A stretch of DNA of 25,204 bases. Origin: an uncultured Eubacteriales bacterium (GTDB lineage Bacteria > Bacillota > Clostridia > Oscillospirales > Acutalibacteraceae). The position numbers and the translations under genes were made by a program. Where the stretch lies: positions 4,334 through 29,537 of the forward strand of contig CAYJIV010000003.1 of NCBI GenBank assembly GCA_964370325.1, in the 5' to 3' direction. The notes under the pieces were generated by a model. The model was not told the origin of the DNA, ran no database searches, and saw only the letters and a list, made by a program, of their open reading frames with translations. Positions 6,412 to 16,182 of this stretch are shown one piece after another (position 1 is the stretch's first letter; every line of letters starts with the position of its first letter).

Positions 6412-8113
6412 TAAAATTGAGATTAAAAATTTTGGTAAGCTAAAAAATTTTACGCTGGATTTAAAAGATGGCGTACAAGTGATTTGTGGCCCGAATGAAT
6501 TTGGAAAATCTACAATTATGGAGTTTATTAAATTGATGTTCTATGGCCGAATTGGTGGCGAAAAGTCTGGAATTAAAGACAAAACCATACGCCAAAAATA
6601 TGTCCCCTGGGATGGCAGTTCAATGGCTGGTGCTGTTGAATTCACGCATGATGGCTCTGTTTACCGGCTCCAAAAGGAAATAAGTGCGGAATCTCCTTCG
6701 AAAGATAAAATTTTATTTCAAAACAAATCTAATGGGCAGGCTATCAAACTTGGAAAGAAAGAAGAACCAGGCGAATGGACGTTTGGGCTTGATTTAAAAA
6801 GCTTTGAGCGAAGCAGCTACATAGGTGAAATTGGGAAAATAACTGCGGATGGTGGGAAGGAATCCCAAGATAGTTTAGCGGATAAAATTATTTCTAATTT
6901 GGCCAGTAGTGGTGAGGCTGATGTTTCTCAAAGCTTGATTATCAAACGTCTGGATGACGCTATTCGTGATTTGGAGTGGGCTAGAGGTACTGGCGGGAAA
7001 ATTGCACAGACTAAAAATTCTGTTTATTCGTTGCAGCAAAAGATTCAGGATGAATTAAAACTTGAGCAAGAACAGGAACAATATAAAAATGAATTATCTA
7101 AAATTGCACAGTTAAGAAATGAAAAAAAGGTATTAGAAAGTCAATTAAGTCAATTGCGCACACAAAAGGAATTGTCAAAAGTGGAAAGTACTTCCAATTT
7201 GGTGCGGGAATGTGAAGAGTATAAAAAACAAAAGCAGAAGTTTTTTGAAAAGAAAAAATCAAAAAATAAAATAGGTTTAGTTATTGGATGTACGATACTG
7301 GCTTTAGGTATAATTTTAATGTTTGTCACTAAAGGCATAGTGACAGTATCTATATGGTTCTTCCCGTTATTGGCAGCTTATTTTTGTTATTTGGCTGTTT
7401 CGAATTTTAAAAACAAAAAAGAATATAATAATTTTGAAGATTTATTAATTCAAAAATTAAAAATGCAAATGGATAGCGATGAGGAAGAAACACCTGAATT
7501 AATGTGTTTGGAAAATAGGTTAAGTGAACTTGTTTCAATGGATTTAGAAGAAGAATATTTAATTTTAAAAAGTAAAACACGTACTGTGAAAGTAACTTTA
7601 GGATTACTTGTGGAAGATTTGAAATTTCAAAAATCAAAGCTTAAAAATATGCAACAATATCTTGCCGCTTTAAAAATGGCAAAAGCTGCTATTGAAAAAT
7701 CTGCTGATGAAATCAGAAAAAATTTCAATCCGAAGTTGGATTTAAAAACCTCATATATATTTGAAAGGCTGACATGTGGGAAATACAAAAAGGTGCATGT
7801 TCAGAAAAATTATCAAATGTTTGTTGCGAATGAATCTGTAGACAGGTTGTGTGATAATTTGAGCAGCGGTACGATTGACCAAGCTTATTTGTCATTGCGT
7901 ATGGCTATTTCGGAGTTGATTTCAAATAAAACTGCCGTTCCGTTAATATTGGACGATGTTTTTATGCAGTATGATAATGATAGACTAGATTGTGCGTTGA
8001 AGTTTTTAAAAAATTATTCGGATGAAATAAAAAGACAGGTTCAGATTATCCTGTTTACCTGCCATAAACATATTGTAGATAGTTCTTTGAAAAGTGGTAT
8101 TTCAGTTTTATAA
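6401..8113 (+). CDS. YhaN-like SMC/SbcC-family ATPase with central transmembrane hairpin (GTG start)
   Basis: Walker A GPNEFGKST, coiled coils, two hydrophobic helices near aa 291-334, signature LSSGT, Walker B LILDD, H-switch FTCH. Overlaps the upstream nuclease gene. Confidence 0.88.
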   Translation: MTIDKIEIKNFGKLKNFTLDLKDGVQVICGPNEFGKSTIMEFIKLMFYGRIGGEKSGIKDKTIRQKYVPWDGSSMAGAVEFTHDGSVYRLQKEISAESPSKDKILFQNKSNGQAIKLGKKEEPGEWTFGLDLKSFERSSYIGEIGKITADGGKESQDSLADKIISNLASSGEADVSQSLIIKRLDDAIRDLEWARGTGGKIAQTKNSVYSLQQKIQDELKLEQEQEQYKNELSKIAQLRNEKKVLESQLSQLRTQKELSKVESTSNLVRECEEYKKQKQKFFEKKKSKNKIGLVIGCTILALGIILMFVTKGIVTVSIWFFPLLAAYFCYLAVSNFKNKKEYNNFEDLLIQKLKMQMDSDEEETPELMCLENRLSELVSMDLEEEYLILKSKTRTVKVTLGLLVEDLKFQKSKLKNMQQYLAALKMAKAAIEKSADEIRKNFNPKLDLKTSYIFERLTCGKYKKVHVQKNYQMFVANESVDRLCDNLSSGTIDQAYLSLRMAISELISNKTAVPLILDDVFMQYDNDRLDCALKFLKNYSDEIKRQVQIILFTCHKHIVDSSLKSGISVL

Positions 8114-9280
8114 TTTTAGCTTGTCTATTTTGTTTCCATTTATTGTGTATGCATACGAGCGAGGAAGCAACATCAATTTTTCAATGTTTGATGATGTTTC
8201 TTTTTGTGATTCGATTTTACCGGATGGATTAAATGTTGTTAGTTGATTTTTCGAAAAAATCAAAATTTTGTTATTTCTAAAAGATATGCAATTTGTTTTT
8301 TCGGTTGTTTTGAAATTTGATATTGTTTTTCCATTTGAATTTATCAGGACTATTTCGTTATCTCCAGACTCGTAAACTGAAGAAGAAAAACAGCATGCGA
8401 TGCCGCTTTCTTTACTGAAATCATAACATTTCAAAATTTTATTCTCATATAAAAAGTCTTGTTTGGAATTCGAACGCGGATTAATTATAGAAAGTGATTT
8501 GTCTCCAATTATTAAAATATTACCGTTAGAAAAATATTTCACGTCGGTTAGCATATTATCCGAGAATTCAAAAGTTGCTTTTGGCTTTTCGGATTTAAAA
8601 TCAAGCACGTAAAGCATGGATTTGATTGAACCCTCTTCTGCAGCAATCCCACAAACTGCAGCGGCGGTTCCGGAATTATTAACAGTCATATCAGTTATAT
8701 AATATTCTGCGAAATAGTATTTGTATTTTTCGTTGTGACTTCTGTCGTATATGTTCATCTCGGCCAAATAACTTTGAGACTCAGTAATTATGCCGTAAAT
8801 TCCGGTTTCGGAAATTCCGCAGGCAATAATATCCTCGCTCGTCGTGCCAGAATATAAATTTTTTGGACAACTTTCTATTTTGTATTCCTTGCTGCCTATG
8901 TCATAAATCATCGCACGTAATCCATTAACCTTTAAACAAGGTTTGCTGAAGTTGTGCTTTTCTTTGTGAACTTCCTTTGCAGAACCATTCAAAATAGTGC
9001 AGGCAGTATCGCTCAGCGCAATTATATTTCCGTCTATGGTTTTAAGATTTTCAGAAATGATTTTGTTGCCGTCAATTTCGCATGGGAATCCGGATCCTTT
9101 ACCAAAAGATGCAACTTTACTTTCGATCCAAATAAGCACATTTGCAGGATGAAATTTAGTTCTGTTTGCCCAAGCAACCAAGAACAAAAAACTGCAAAGT
9201 AAGATCAAACCTATAATTTTAAGTTCTTTGTAAGCTTTGTTAGATTTGATTTCTGAAAATATTGTATTTTTCTTTTCCAT
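8108..9280 (-). CDS. Membrane-anchored extracellular beta-rich (probable beta-propeller, DUF5711-like) protein
   Basis: One N-terminal TM helix (IIGLILLCSFLFLVAWA), then repeated short beta-strand units ending in YD/NG/SG turns. The family name is from recall and was not searched. Confidence 0.6.
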   Translation of the reverse strand: MEKKNTIFSEIKSNKAYKELKIIGLILLCSFLFLVAWANRTKFHPANVLIWIESKVASFGKGSGFPCEIDGNKIISENLKTIDGNIIALSDTACTILNGSAKEVHKEKHNFSKPCLKVNGLRAMIYDIGSKEYKIESCPKNLYSGTTSEDIIACGISETGIYGIITESQSYLAEMNIYDRSHNEKYKYYFAEYYITDMTVNNSGTAAAVCGIAAEEGSIKSMLYVLDFKSEKPKATFEFSDNMLTDVKYFSNGNILIIGDKSLSIINPRSNSKQDFLYENKILKCYDFSKESGIACCFSSSVYESGDNEIVLINSNGKTISNFKTTEKTNCISFRNNKILIFSKNQLTTFNPSGKIESQKETSSNIEKLMLLPRSYAYTINGNKIDKLKL

Positions 9281-9298
9281 TGAATTATTTTACCGCCT

Positions 9299-10036
9299 TT
9301 AATAGTAAATTCTATTTAAATATAGTCCGTGCGCTGGCGCCGTTGGACCTGCCTCTTTGCGGTTTTTGGCTGCGATTATTTCTGGGATGTTTGCTTCGTC
9401 AATTTTCCCCTGAGCAATTCTAAGCAGTGTACCAACCATAATCCGCACCATATTGTATAGAAATCCATTTGCATGAACTTTTATCTCAACGATATCACCA
9501 TTTCTATAAACGTCAAAATTTTTCACATTACGAACTAAATTTTCCGGGTTTCGTTTATCGAGTGTACAAAATGAGGTGAAATCGTGTTTGCCGACAAACG
9601 ATTTGGCAGCCTTGTCCAGTTTTTCGGCATTCAGAGGATGGTAATAATGCAATGCGTATCCGTTTAGAAAAGGATTGCGGATTTTATGGTTCCAAATTTT
9701 ATAAATGTATTCTTTCCCCAGACAAGAATACCTTGCATGGAAATCCATTGGCATTTCACAACAATCAGTTACTGCAACACTTGGCGGCAAGTAGCGGTTC
9801 AGTGCTCCAATTAGATTTCGACATGAAATTTTGGATTTGGTTTTTAAACTTATACCATACATATTCGCATGAACGCCAGTATCTGTGCGGCTACAACCTT
9901 TGATTTCCGGGGTTTCATGTACAACTTTTTTAAGAGCGTTTTGAAAAACTTCCTGTATGCTCAGTGCATTTTTTTGAATTTGCCAGCCATGATAATTTTT
10001 GCCATCATAGCAAATCGTTACCAGAAGATTTCGCAC
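9299..10036 (-). CDS. truA: tRNA pseudouridine(38-40) synthase (GTG start)
   Basis: YDGKNYHGWQ, catalytic SRTDTGVHA, FHARY, GKHDFTSF, NGFLYNMVRIMVG, TAPAHGLYL. Confidence 0.96.
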   Translation of the reverse strand: MRNLLVTICYDGKNYHGWQIQKNALSIQEVFQNALKKVVHETPEIKGCSRTDTGVHANMYGISLKTKSKISCRNLIGALNRYLPPSVAVTDCCEMPMDFHARYSCLGKEYIYKIWNHKIRNPFLNGYALHYYHPLNAEKLDKAAKSFVGKHDFTSFCTLDKRNPENLVRNVKNFDVYRNGDIVEIKVHANGFLYNMVRIMVGTLLRIAQGKIDEANIPEIIAAKNRKEAGPTAPAHGLYLNRIYY

Positions 10037-10818
10037 GCAATCACCCCCAGAAATGCGATTAATATGGAAATCGCTGCTAAAATATCATAATTTTGTAACT
10101 TGAAGTTGTTGAGTTTTGTACGTTGTTTTGTGCTGTCGTAGCACCGACATTCCATGGCCAGGGCTAAATCTGCTGCGCGTTTAAATGCTGAAGCAAATAA
10201 CGGCACAAGTATCGGCACAAATGCTTTTACTTTTTTGACTATATTTCTACTTTTGATGTCCGCACCACGTGCTCTTTGTGCGGTAATTATTTTGTCTGCT
10301 TCTTCCATTAATATCGGGATGAACCTTAGTGAAATTGTTATTGTCATGGCGATTTCCTGTACATTGATCTTGAAAATTTTCAATGGATGCAGAAGACTTT
10401 CTAGCGCGTGAGACATGCTTTCTGGCGAAGTCGTGAACATTAGCGCTGAACTCATTAAAACAAGATTTGTAAGCCTTGCTAAAATTAATATACTGCTCCG
10501 TATTCCCACTTCTGAAATTGACAGGGTGCCGACAGTGAAGAATGTAGAATTTTCACTGAAAAACAGATTGATAATTGCTGTGAACAGTGTTGTGATTATG
10601 ATAAAAACATTGCTTTTTAAATATGTTTTCAGCGATACGGATGAAAGCACTACAACAGTGCCTGTAAAGCAAGTTGCAAAAAATAAAGATGCGTAATTTT
10701 TCACAAAAAAAAGCAACATGAAAAATACTATTGAAGTTAATATTTTAATTCTCGAGTCGATTTTATGTAAGATTGAATTTCCGGGAAAATATTTGCCTAT
10801 AGGCATATTTTTTATCAA
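10018..10818 (-). CDS. ecfT: ECF transporter transmembrane T component (TTG start)
   Basis: YFPGNSILHKIDSRIK, multiple TM segments, LRFIP, AQRARG and AMECRCY motifs. Confidence 0.93.
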   Translation of the reverse strand: MIKNMPIGKYFPGNSILHKIDSRIKILTSIVFFMLLFFVKNYASLFFATCFTGTVVVLSSVSLKTYLKSNVFIIITTLFTAIINLFFSENSTFFTVGTLSISEVGIRSSILILARLTNLVLMSSALMFTTSPESMSHALESLLHPLKIFKINVQEIAMTITISLRFIPILMEEADKIITAQRARGADIKSRNIVKKVKAFVPILVPLFASAFKRAADLALAMECRCYDSTKQRTKLNNFKLQNYDILAAISILIAFLGVIACEIFW

Positions 10819-11678
10819 AATTGAGCACCAGCTTTGCTGCGAAGAAGTTTTAAAATTTCAGTTTCAGCTTCCTGAACCGTGACAATATTTTCTTTTAAAT
10901 TATAGTCTTTTTTTTGAATTATTGACATAATTTTTGTGATTCGCGGTACGTCAAGTCCGATATTTTCAAGTTTTTTGATTTTTGAAAACACATTTTGAGG
11001 TGAATCGAACATTACAGTTTTCCCAGAGTCCAGAACAAGAACTTTATTTGCAATTTCAGCGATTTCTTCCATTATATGCGAAATGAAAATAATGATATTG
11101 TTATTTCTTTTGTGATATTCAAGAATTGATTTTATTAAATTTTTCCTGCCAAAAAAATCCAATCCTGAAGTTGGTTCGTCTAAAATCAGAACGTCGGGTT
11201 CCATGCAAATCACGCTTGCAATGGCACAGCGACGCTTTTCTCCGCCCGATAAATCAAAGGGGGATTTATCAATCAAATCATCATCCAAACCTACAATTTG
11301 CATGGATTTCGTTACTTTTTCTTTTAGCTGATTTTCAGATATACCTTTATTTTTGAGTCCGAACGCGATTTCATCAAATACAGTTTGTGCGAATAGTTGT
11401 TGCTCCGGGTACTGAAACACTAAACCTACTTTGAAATGCACATCCTGAATATTTTTGAAATTTACCCAAATATTTTTGCTATTTAGAAAAATTTGCCCGC
11501 CCGTTGGTTTTAAAAGTCCGTTTAACATCTGAGCAAGTGTGGATTTTCCTGAGCCTGTTGGTCCGATAATGCCGATGATTTCGCCGTTCTGAACGGACAT
11601 GCTAATATTTTGAATCGCTTTGATGGGATGCGGCGAGCCGGCATCATATGTATATGAAAGATTTTTTGTTTCAAGCAT
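10815..11678 (-). CDS. ecfA2: ECF transporter ATPase A2
   Basis: GPTGSGKST, VFQYPEQQLF, SPFDLSGGEKRR, LILDEPT. Start re-assigned to the ATG at 11678 after a GGAGG RBS. Confidence 0.92.
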   Translation of the reverse strand: MLETKNLSYTYDAGSPHPIKAIQNISMSVQNGEIIGIIGPTGSGKSTLAQMLNGLLKPTGGQIFLNSKNIWVNFKNIQDVHFKVGLVFQYPEQQLFAQTVFDEIAFGLKNKGISENQLKEKVTKSMQIVGLDDDLIDKSPFDLSGGEKRRCAIASVICMEPDVLILDEPTSGLDFFGRKNLIKSILEYHKRNNNIIIFISHIMEEIAEIANKVLVLDSGKTVMFDSPQNVFSKIKKLENIGLDVPRITKIMSIIQKKDYNLKENIVTVQEAETEILKLLRSKAGAQF

Positions 11679-12537
11679 TTTGTTCCTCCAGGAGCCTGAT
11701 GATTTCATCTGCACATTCGTGATCAGTGAAAGCATCTAAGTTTACATTATAATCGTGTTTTTGCAATTTGTATAGTAAGTCGGTTGACTGAATCAATTCA
11801 AATTTTTCTTGCTTTATAAAATTTATTTGCGAAAACACCTCTTTGGGCGTACCGGTAACTTCAATTTGGCCTTTATTCATAAGGATGACTCTGTCTGCGA
11901 GCAGTGCTTCTTCAACGTAGTGGGTTATCAAAATTATAGTTGTGCCGTTGGTTTTGTTGAGATTTGAAATTATGCTCAAAGCGTCTTTTCTGCCTAAAGG
12001 ATCGAGCATTGAAGTAGGTTCATCAAAGACGATAATATCAGGATTCATGGCGAGTACCCCAGCAATTGCGAGGCGCTGTTTTTGTCCGCCGGAAAGGGAA
12101 TAAGTAGTATTGTGTCTTTGTTCATAGAGCCCTACGCTTTTTAAAGTTTTATCAACAATTTTTCGCATTTCATCGGTCGGGACACCCAAATTTTCAAGTC
12201 CGAATGCAACGTCTTCTTCTACAATCGAATTTACTATCTGATTGTTTGAATTTTGCAAAACAAGCCCAACTTGTTGCTTTATATTTAAATTTTCGGACTC
12301 ATCCTTTGTGTTTTTACCGTCGATTATTACATTGCCGCAAGTCGGTGCAAGAATTCCGTTGCAATGCTTTGCAAGAGTTGATTTACCGCAGCCATTTGGA
12401 CCAACAATAGTGATGAACTCACCTTTTTGGATTGTGAAATTTATATCGTGGAGTGCCTCGTAAACTGTGTTTGCATATGGATTTTGGTAGTTATAAGACA
12501 CATTTTCAAAAGTTATAAAACTGTTTATTTGTTTCAC
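11671..12537 (-). CDS. ecfA1: ECF transporter ATPase A1 (GTG start)
   Basis: GPNGCGKST, NQIV..IVEEDVAFGLENLG, LSGGQKQR, FDEPTSMLDP. Confidence 0.92.
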   Translation of the reverse strand: MKQINSFITFENVSYNYQNPYANTVYEALHDINFTIQKGEFITIVGPNGCGKSTLAKHCNGILAPTCGNVIIDGKNTKDESENLNIKQQVGLVLQNSNNQIVNSIVEEDVAFGLENLGVPTDEMRKIVDKTLKSVGLYEQRHNTTYSLSGGQKQRLAIAGVLAMNPDIIVFDEPTSMLDPLGRKDALSIISNLNKTNGTTIILITHYVEEALLADRVILMNKGQIEVTGTPKEVFSQINFIKQEKFELIQSTDLLYKLQKHDYNVNLDAFTDHECADEIIRLLEEQNA

Positions 12538-13874
12538 ACCTCTGTTAATAATGCTGATAATTTTCCCGGTATGGATTTCGATAATTCTTCTAATTTGTCA
12601 ATATCTTTGCATTCAATCATAACACGAATTTTCGGCTCTGTTCCGGATTCGCGGATTACTAATCTGCCATTGCCACTGAGGTTTTCTTGTATGGAAGATA
12701 TGTAATTTTTTATTTTTTCATTACTGTTTACTATGCCCTTTTGTGCCTGTGCGATATCTAAAGTTAAGTTTTTCTGCGGATATTTTTTGAGTAAGGAGGA
12801 GGCAGCACCTGTTTTTTGGATTACACTCAAGAGTTGCGCTGCTGTTAGCTGACCGTCTCCGGTTGTGGAGTGTTCTAAAAAAATAATATGCCCTGATTGT
12901 TCTCCACCGAGTACATAGTCATTTTTTAGCATTTCCTCCAAAACATATCTATCCCCAACTTTGGTTTGTACAAATTTTATATTATTATTTTCACAAAATT
13001 TCATCAACCCCATGTTGGACATAATCGTTCCTACTGCAGCATTGTTTTTAAGTTTGCCTTCTTTATGCATGGCATTTGCGCATATAGCTAAAATATCGTC
13101 GCCATCGAGTGTTTTACCTGTGACATCTACTGCCAAACACCTGTCAGCATCGCCGTCAAAGGCTATTCCAAAGTCCATTTGGTTTTCTACAACATATTTT
13201 GATAACTTTTTAATATGAGTTGAACCGCAGTTATGGTTAATGTTTATTCCATCCGGTTGATTGAAAAGTATTTTACATTTCGCGCCAAGTTCAGTGAATA
13301 ATTTTTCCGCTGTGTAGGATGAAGCTCCATTAGAACAATCAATCGCAATATTCAAACCATCTAACTTTGTATCGACAGTGTTTTTTATGTAATTTATATA
13401 ATCTTCTATAGGGTTTTCAGGGTAGTATAGCCGTCCGATATCTGCGCCGGTCGGCAGTGCTTGCGTTGTTTCTTCGAGAATCATTTTTTCAATTTCATAT
13501 TCAATAGAGTCTGCTAGTTTCAATCCGTTTTTGTCAAAAATTTTGATGCCGTTGAATTCAAACGAGTTATGTGAGGCAGATATCATGATACCTGCGTCTG
13601 CGCTATATTTTTTAACCAGGAAAGCCACCGCTGGAGTGGGGATTACGCCCAAAACCATGGCGTCACATCCTGCGGAGCATATTCCAGACATAACTGCACC
13701 GATCAGCATGTCGCAGGATTGCCGTGTATCTTCTCCGATTAATATCACCGGTTTTTTGTTTGTTGTATTAGTTAATTTTGAGGCGACTGCTCTGCCGAGT
13801 TTCATCGCAAGTTTGCAGGTGAGTTCTGTGTTTGCAACACCTCTTATGCCATCTGTCCCGAATAGTCTGCCCAT
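12534..13874 (-). CDS. glmM: Phosphoglucosamine mutase
   Basis: LFGTDGIRG, phosphoserine loop MISASHN, metal loop FDGDADR, VGDRYV, GGEQSGH, RESGTEPKIRVM. Confidence 0.96.
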   Translation of the reverse strand: MGRLFGTDGIRGVANTELTCKLAMKLGRAVASKLTNTTNKKPVILIGEDTRQSCDMLIGAVMSGICSAGCDAMVLGVIPTPAVAFLVKKYSADAGIMISASHNSFEFNGIKIFDKNGLKLADSIEYEIEKMILEETTQALPTGADIGRLYYPENPIEDYINYIKNTVDTKLDGLNIAIDCSNGASSYTAEKLFTELGAKCKILFNQPDGININHNCGSTHIKKLSKYVVENQMDFGIAFDGDADRCLAVDVTGKTLDGDDILAICANAMHKEGKLKNNAAVGTIMSNMGLMKFCENNNIKFVQTKVGDRYVLEEMLKNDYVLGGEQSGHIIFLEHSTTGDGQLTAAQLLSVIQKTGAASSLLKKYPQKNLTLDIAQAQKGIVNSNEKIKNYISSIQENLSGNGRLVIRESGTEPKIRVMIECKDIDKLEELSKSIPGKLSALLTEV

Positions 13875-13890
13875 ATATAAAACCCTCCAG

Positions 13891-14931
13891 TTAAAAACTT
13901 AATTGTTCGTCAGATTGGTTTGGATGCCTAATCCCCAGATGCGCATATGAAGCGCAAGTTGCGCATCTGCCTCTTGACGTTCTGCTTAAAAAGCCAATTT
14001 GCATGAGGTACGGCTCATAGACGTCTTCGATAGTTATTGCTTCCTCGCCGATTGCTGCCGCTAAAGTTTCAAGGCCGACCGGACCTCCGGCGTAAAATTT
14101 GATTAAAGTTTCGAGTAAGCGTCTGTCATTGCCGTCAAGGCCCAATTCATCTATTTCAAGTTTATCCAGAGCTGTTTTTGCTACCTCAAATGATATCGCG
14201 CCATTGTTCATTATTTGTGCGAAATCGCGCACTCTTTTGAGGAGTCTATTTGTGATACGCGGTGTGCCTCTGGAGCGTGAGGCAATCTCGATTGCGCCGT
14301 CGTTGTCTATATTTATATTCAGGATTGATGCGCTTCTTTTCACTATTTTTGCTAATTCTTCGGGAGTGTACATTTCCAGTCGCAATACTACGCCGAATCT
14401 GTCCCGCAAGGGGGCGGTAAGCTGGCCTGCCCGCGTTGTTGCGCCGACTAATGTGAACTTCGGCAGAGGCAGGTGATAAGACGTTGCCATTTGACCTTTC
14501 CCTGTTACGATGTCTATTGCAAAGTCTTCCATGGCAGGATACAAAATTTCTTCTACTCCGCGGGAAAGCCGATGAATTTCGTCAATGAATAATACATCTC
14601 CGGGAGATAAATTAGTTAAAATTGCGGCCAAATCGCCGGGTTTCTCGATGGCCGGCCCGGATGTGATTCTTATGTTAACGTTCATTTCGTTGGCTATAAT
14701 CATTGAAAGGCATGTTTTGCCGAGTCCCGGCGGGCCGTAAAGCAAAACATGGTCTAAACTTTCCTTGCGCAGTTTTGCAGCTTCCATAAATACAGAAAGA
14801 TTATCTTTGACTTTTTCCTGACCGATATATTCTTTTAAATTTGGTGGGCGCAAGGGGTTGTCATAATCAACGTCATCAGGGATTTCGCCGGGGTCTAAAA
14901 TTCTATTTTCTAAATCTTGGTTTTGCTCCAT
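13891..14931 (-). CDS. ruvB: Holliday junction branch migration helicase RuvB
   Basis: [49 protein letters not shown]. Confidence 0.98.
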   Translation of the reverse strand: MEQNQDLENRILDPGEIPDDVDYDNPLRPPNLKEYIGQEKVKDNLSVFMEAAKLRKESLDHVLLYGPPGLGKTCLSMIIANEMNVNIRITSGPAIEKPGDLAAILTNLSPGDVLFIDEIHRLSRGVEEILYPAMEDFAIDIVTGKGQMATSYHLPLPKFTLVGATTRAGQLTAPLRDRFGVVLRLEMYTPEELAKIVKRSASILNINIDNDGAIEIASRSRGTPRITNRLLKRVRDFAQIMNNGAISFEVAKTALDKLEIDELGLDGNDRRLLETLIKFYAGGPVGLETLAAAIGEEAITIEDVYEPYLMQIGFLSRTSRGRCATCASYAHLGIRHPNQSDEQLSF

Positions 14932-14932
14932 T

Positions 14933-15538
14933 TTATTTTACCTCCTTGCCCATGGCTTTCAGCGTTTCTTGTATGAGTTGCTGGGTTGGCAGGTTGCTGT
15001 CTAATTTAACAAGAAATGGCATAATGTCTGCTTGGGAGTACCCCAAAACAGCTAGCGCCTGTACGGCATCTGTTATGTTTTTCGATGCTGATGCGATTCC
15101 TGCCATTGGTATCAAATTTTCTTTATTACCCGTTGATTTTAATTTGTCTTTTAGCTCCAAAACTATTCTTTGTGCAGTTTTATTTCCGATTCCGGAGACT
15201 TTAGTAAAACTGGCACTGTTTCCGGAAGAAATAAACATGGCAATCTGCTCGGCGGAATATTCAGATAGAATTGCAAGCCCCGCGCGCGAGCCCACACCTG
15301 ATACGGAAATCAGCATTTTAAAACAGTTTAGTTCATCCATTTTGTGGAACGCGAACAGTTCAACTGCATCTTGTCGAACGTTCAAATGAGTATACACCAT
15401 TACCTCATTACCAATTTCAGTGGAAAGCCCTCGTTGTGTATATGCGGAAGTGAAACATTTATATCCGATTCCGGAACAATCTATTACTATAAAGTTGCTT
15501 TCAATGGCAGCTAAAATGCCGTTTAAGCTGTAAAACAC
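14933..15538 (-). CDS. ruvA: Holliday junction DNA-binding protein RuvA (GTG start)
   Basis: OB-fold N-terminus, HhH motifs VSGVG and [20 protein letters not shown]-terminal ALAVLGY. Confidence 0.96.
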   Translation of the reverse strand: MFYSLNGILAAIESNFIVIDCSGIGYKCFTSAYTQRGLSTEIGNEVMVYTHLNVRQDAVELFAFHKMDELNCFKMLISVSGVGSRAGLAILSEYSAEQIAMFISSGNSASFTKVSGIGNKTAQRIVLELKDKLKSTGNKENLIPMAGIASASKNITDAVQALAVLGYSQADIMPFLVKLDSNLPTQQLIQETLKAMGKEVK

Positions 15539-16050
15539 TAACGTGCCCTCCTCTGAGCTATGGTTTTAAAAATGTTTTTGTACCCCCTTGAATTTGCGTG
15601 GCAGATTGCAATCGCGAGAGCGTCTGCGGCGTCGTCCGGTTTGGGGATTTCCTGAAGATTTAATAGTTTTTTCGTCATGAGCATGACTTGTCGTTTTTCC
15701 GCCTTGCCGTATCCTGTTACGGCCGTCTTAACCTGCAACGGAGTATATTCACTCACGGGTGTTCTTGATTTTTTCGCAGCGAGCATGATGACTCCTCTGG
15801 CTTCGGAAACCTCTATCGCGGTTTTATGGTTGCTTTGGAAGTAAAGTTTTTCAATTGCGACTTCCTGCGGTTTGTATGTATTAAAAAGTTCGGTGGTTTT
15901 GTCGAAAATTATTTCGAGTCTGTCGCAGAAATCGCATTTGGAATCTGTTGTAATGACGCCGTTGCAAAGCTGAGTATATCTTCCTTTTTCGAAATTAATC
16001 ACGCCATATCCGATAATTGCGTAGCCGGGGTCTATCCCCAATATTATCAT
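15538..16050 (-). CDS. ruvC: Crossover junction endodeoxyribonuclease RuvC
   Basis: ILGIDPG, AIEKL, EYTPLQVK.AVTGYGKAEK, PDDAADALAIAICH. Confidence 0.97.
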   Translation of the reverse strand: MIILGIDPGYAIIGYGVINFEKGRYTQLCNGVITTDSKCDFCDRLEIIFDKTTELFNTYKPQEVAIEKLYFQSNHKTAIEVSEARGVIMLAAKKSRTPVSEYTPLQVKTAVTGYGKAEKRQVMLMTKKLLNLQEIPKPDDAADALAIAICHANSRGYKNIFKTIAQRRAR

Positions 16051-16095
16051 TTATTTGGCTCCTGTTCAATAAATATACTTTAATGAATTAAAAAT

Positions 16096-16149
16096 TTGCC
16101 GAAAAATTAGTGCAAAACATTATTATAACTGTTAAAATAGATTAAACAA
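16096..16149. promoter_or_regulatory. Candidate overlapping divergent promoters (ruv operon / ABC exporter)
   Basis: Minus strand: TTGTTT-16-TATAAT (16149-16122). Plus strand: TG-T-TAAAAT extended -10 at 16130-16138. The region is AT-rich, so chance matches are possible. Confidence 0.4.
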
Positions 16150-16182
16150 GAAAAATTAACAGGAAGGCGGGAAATAAAATTT

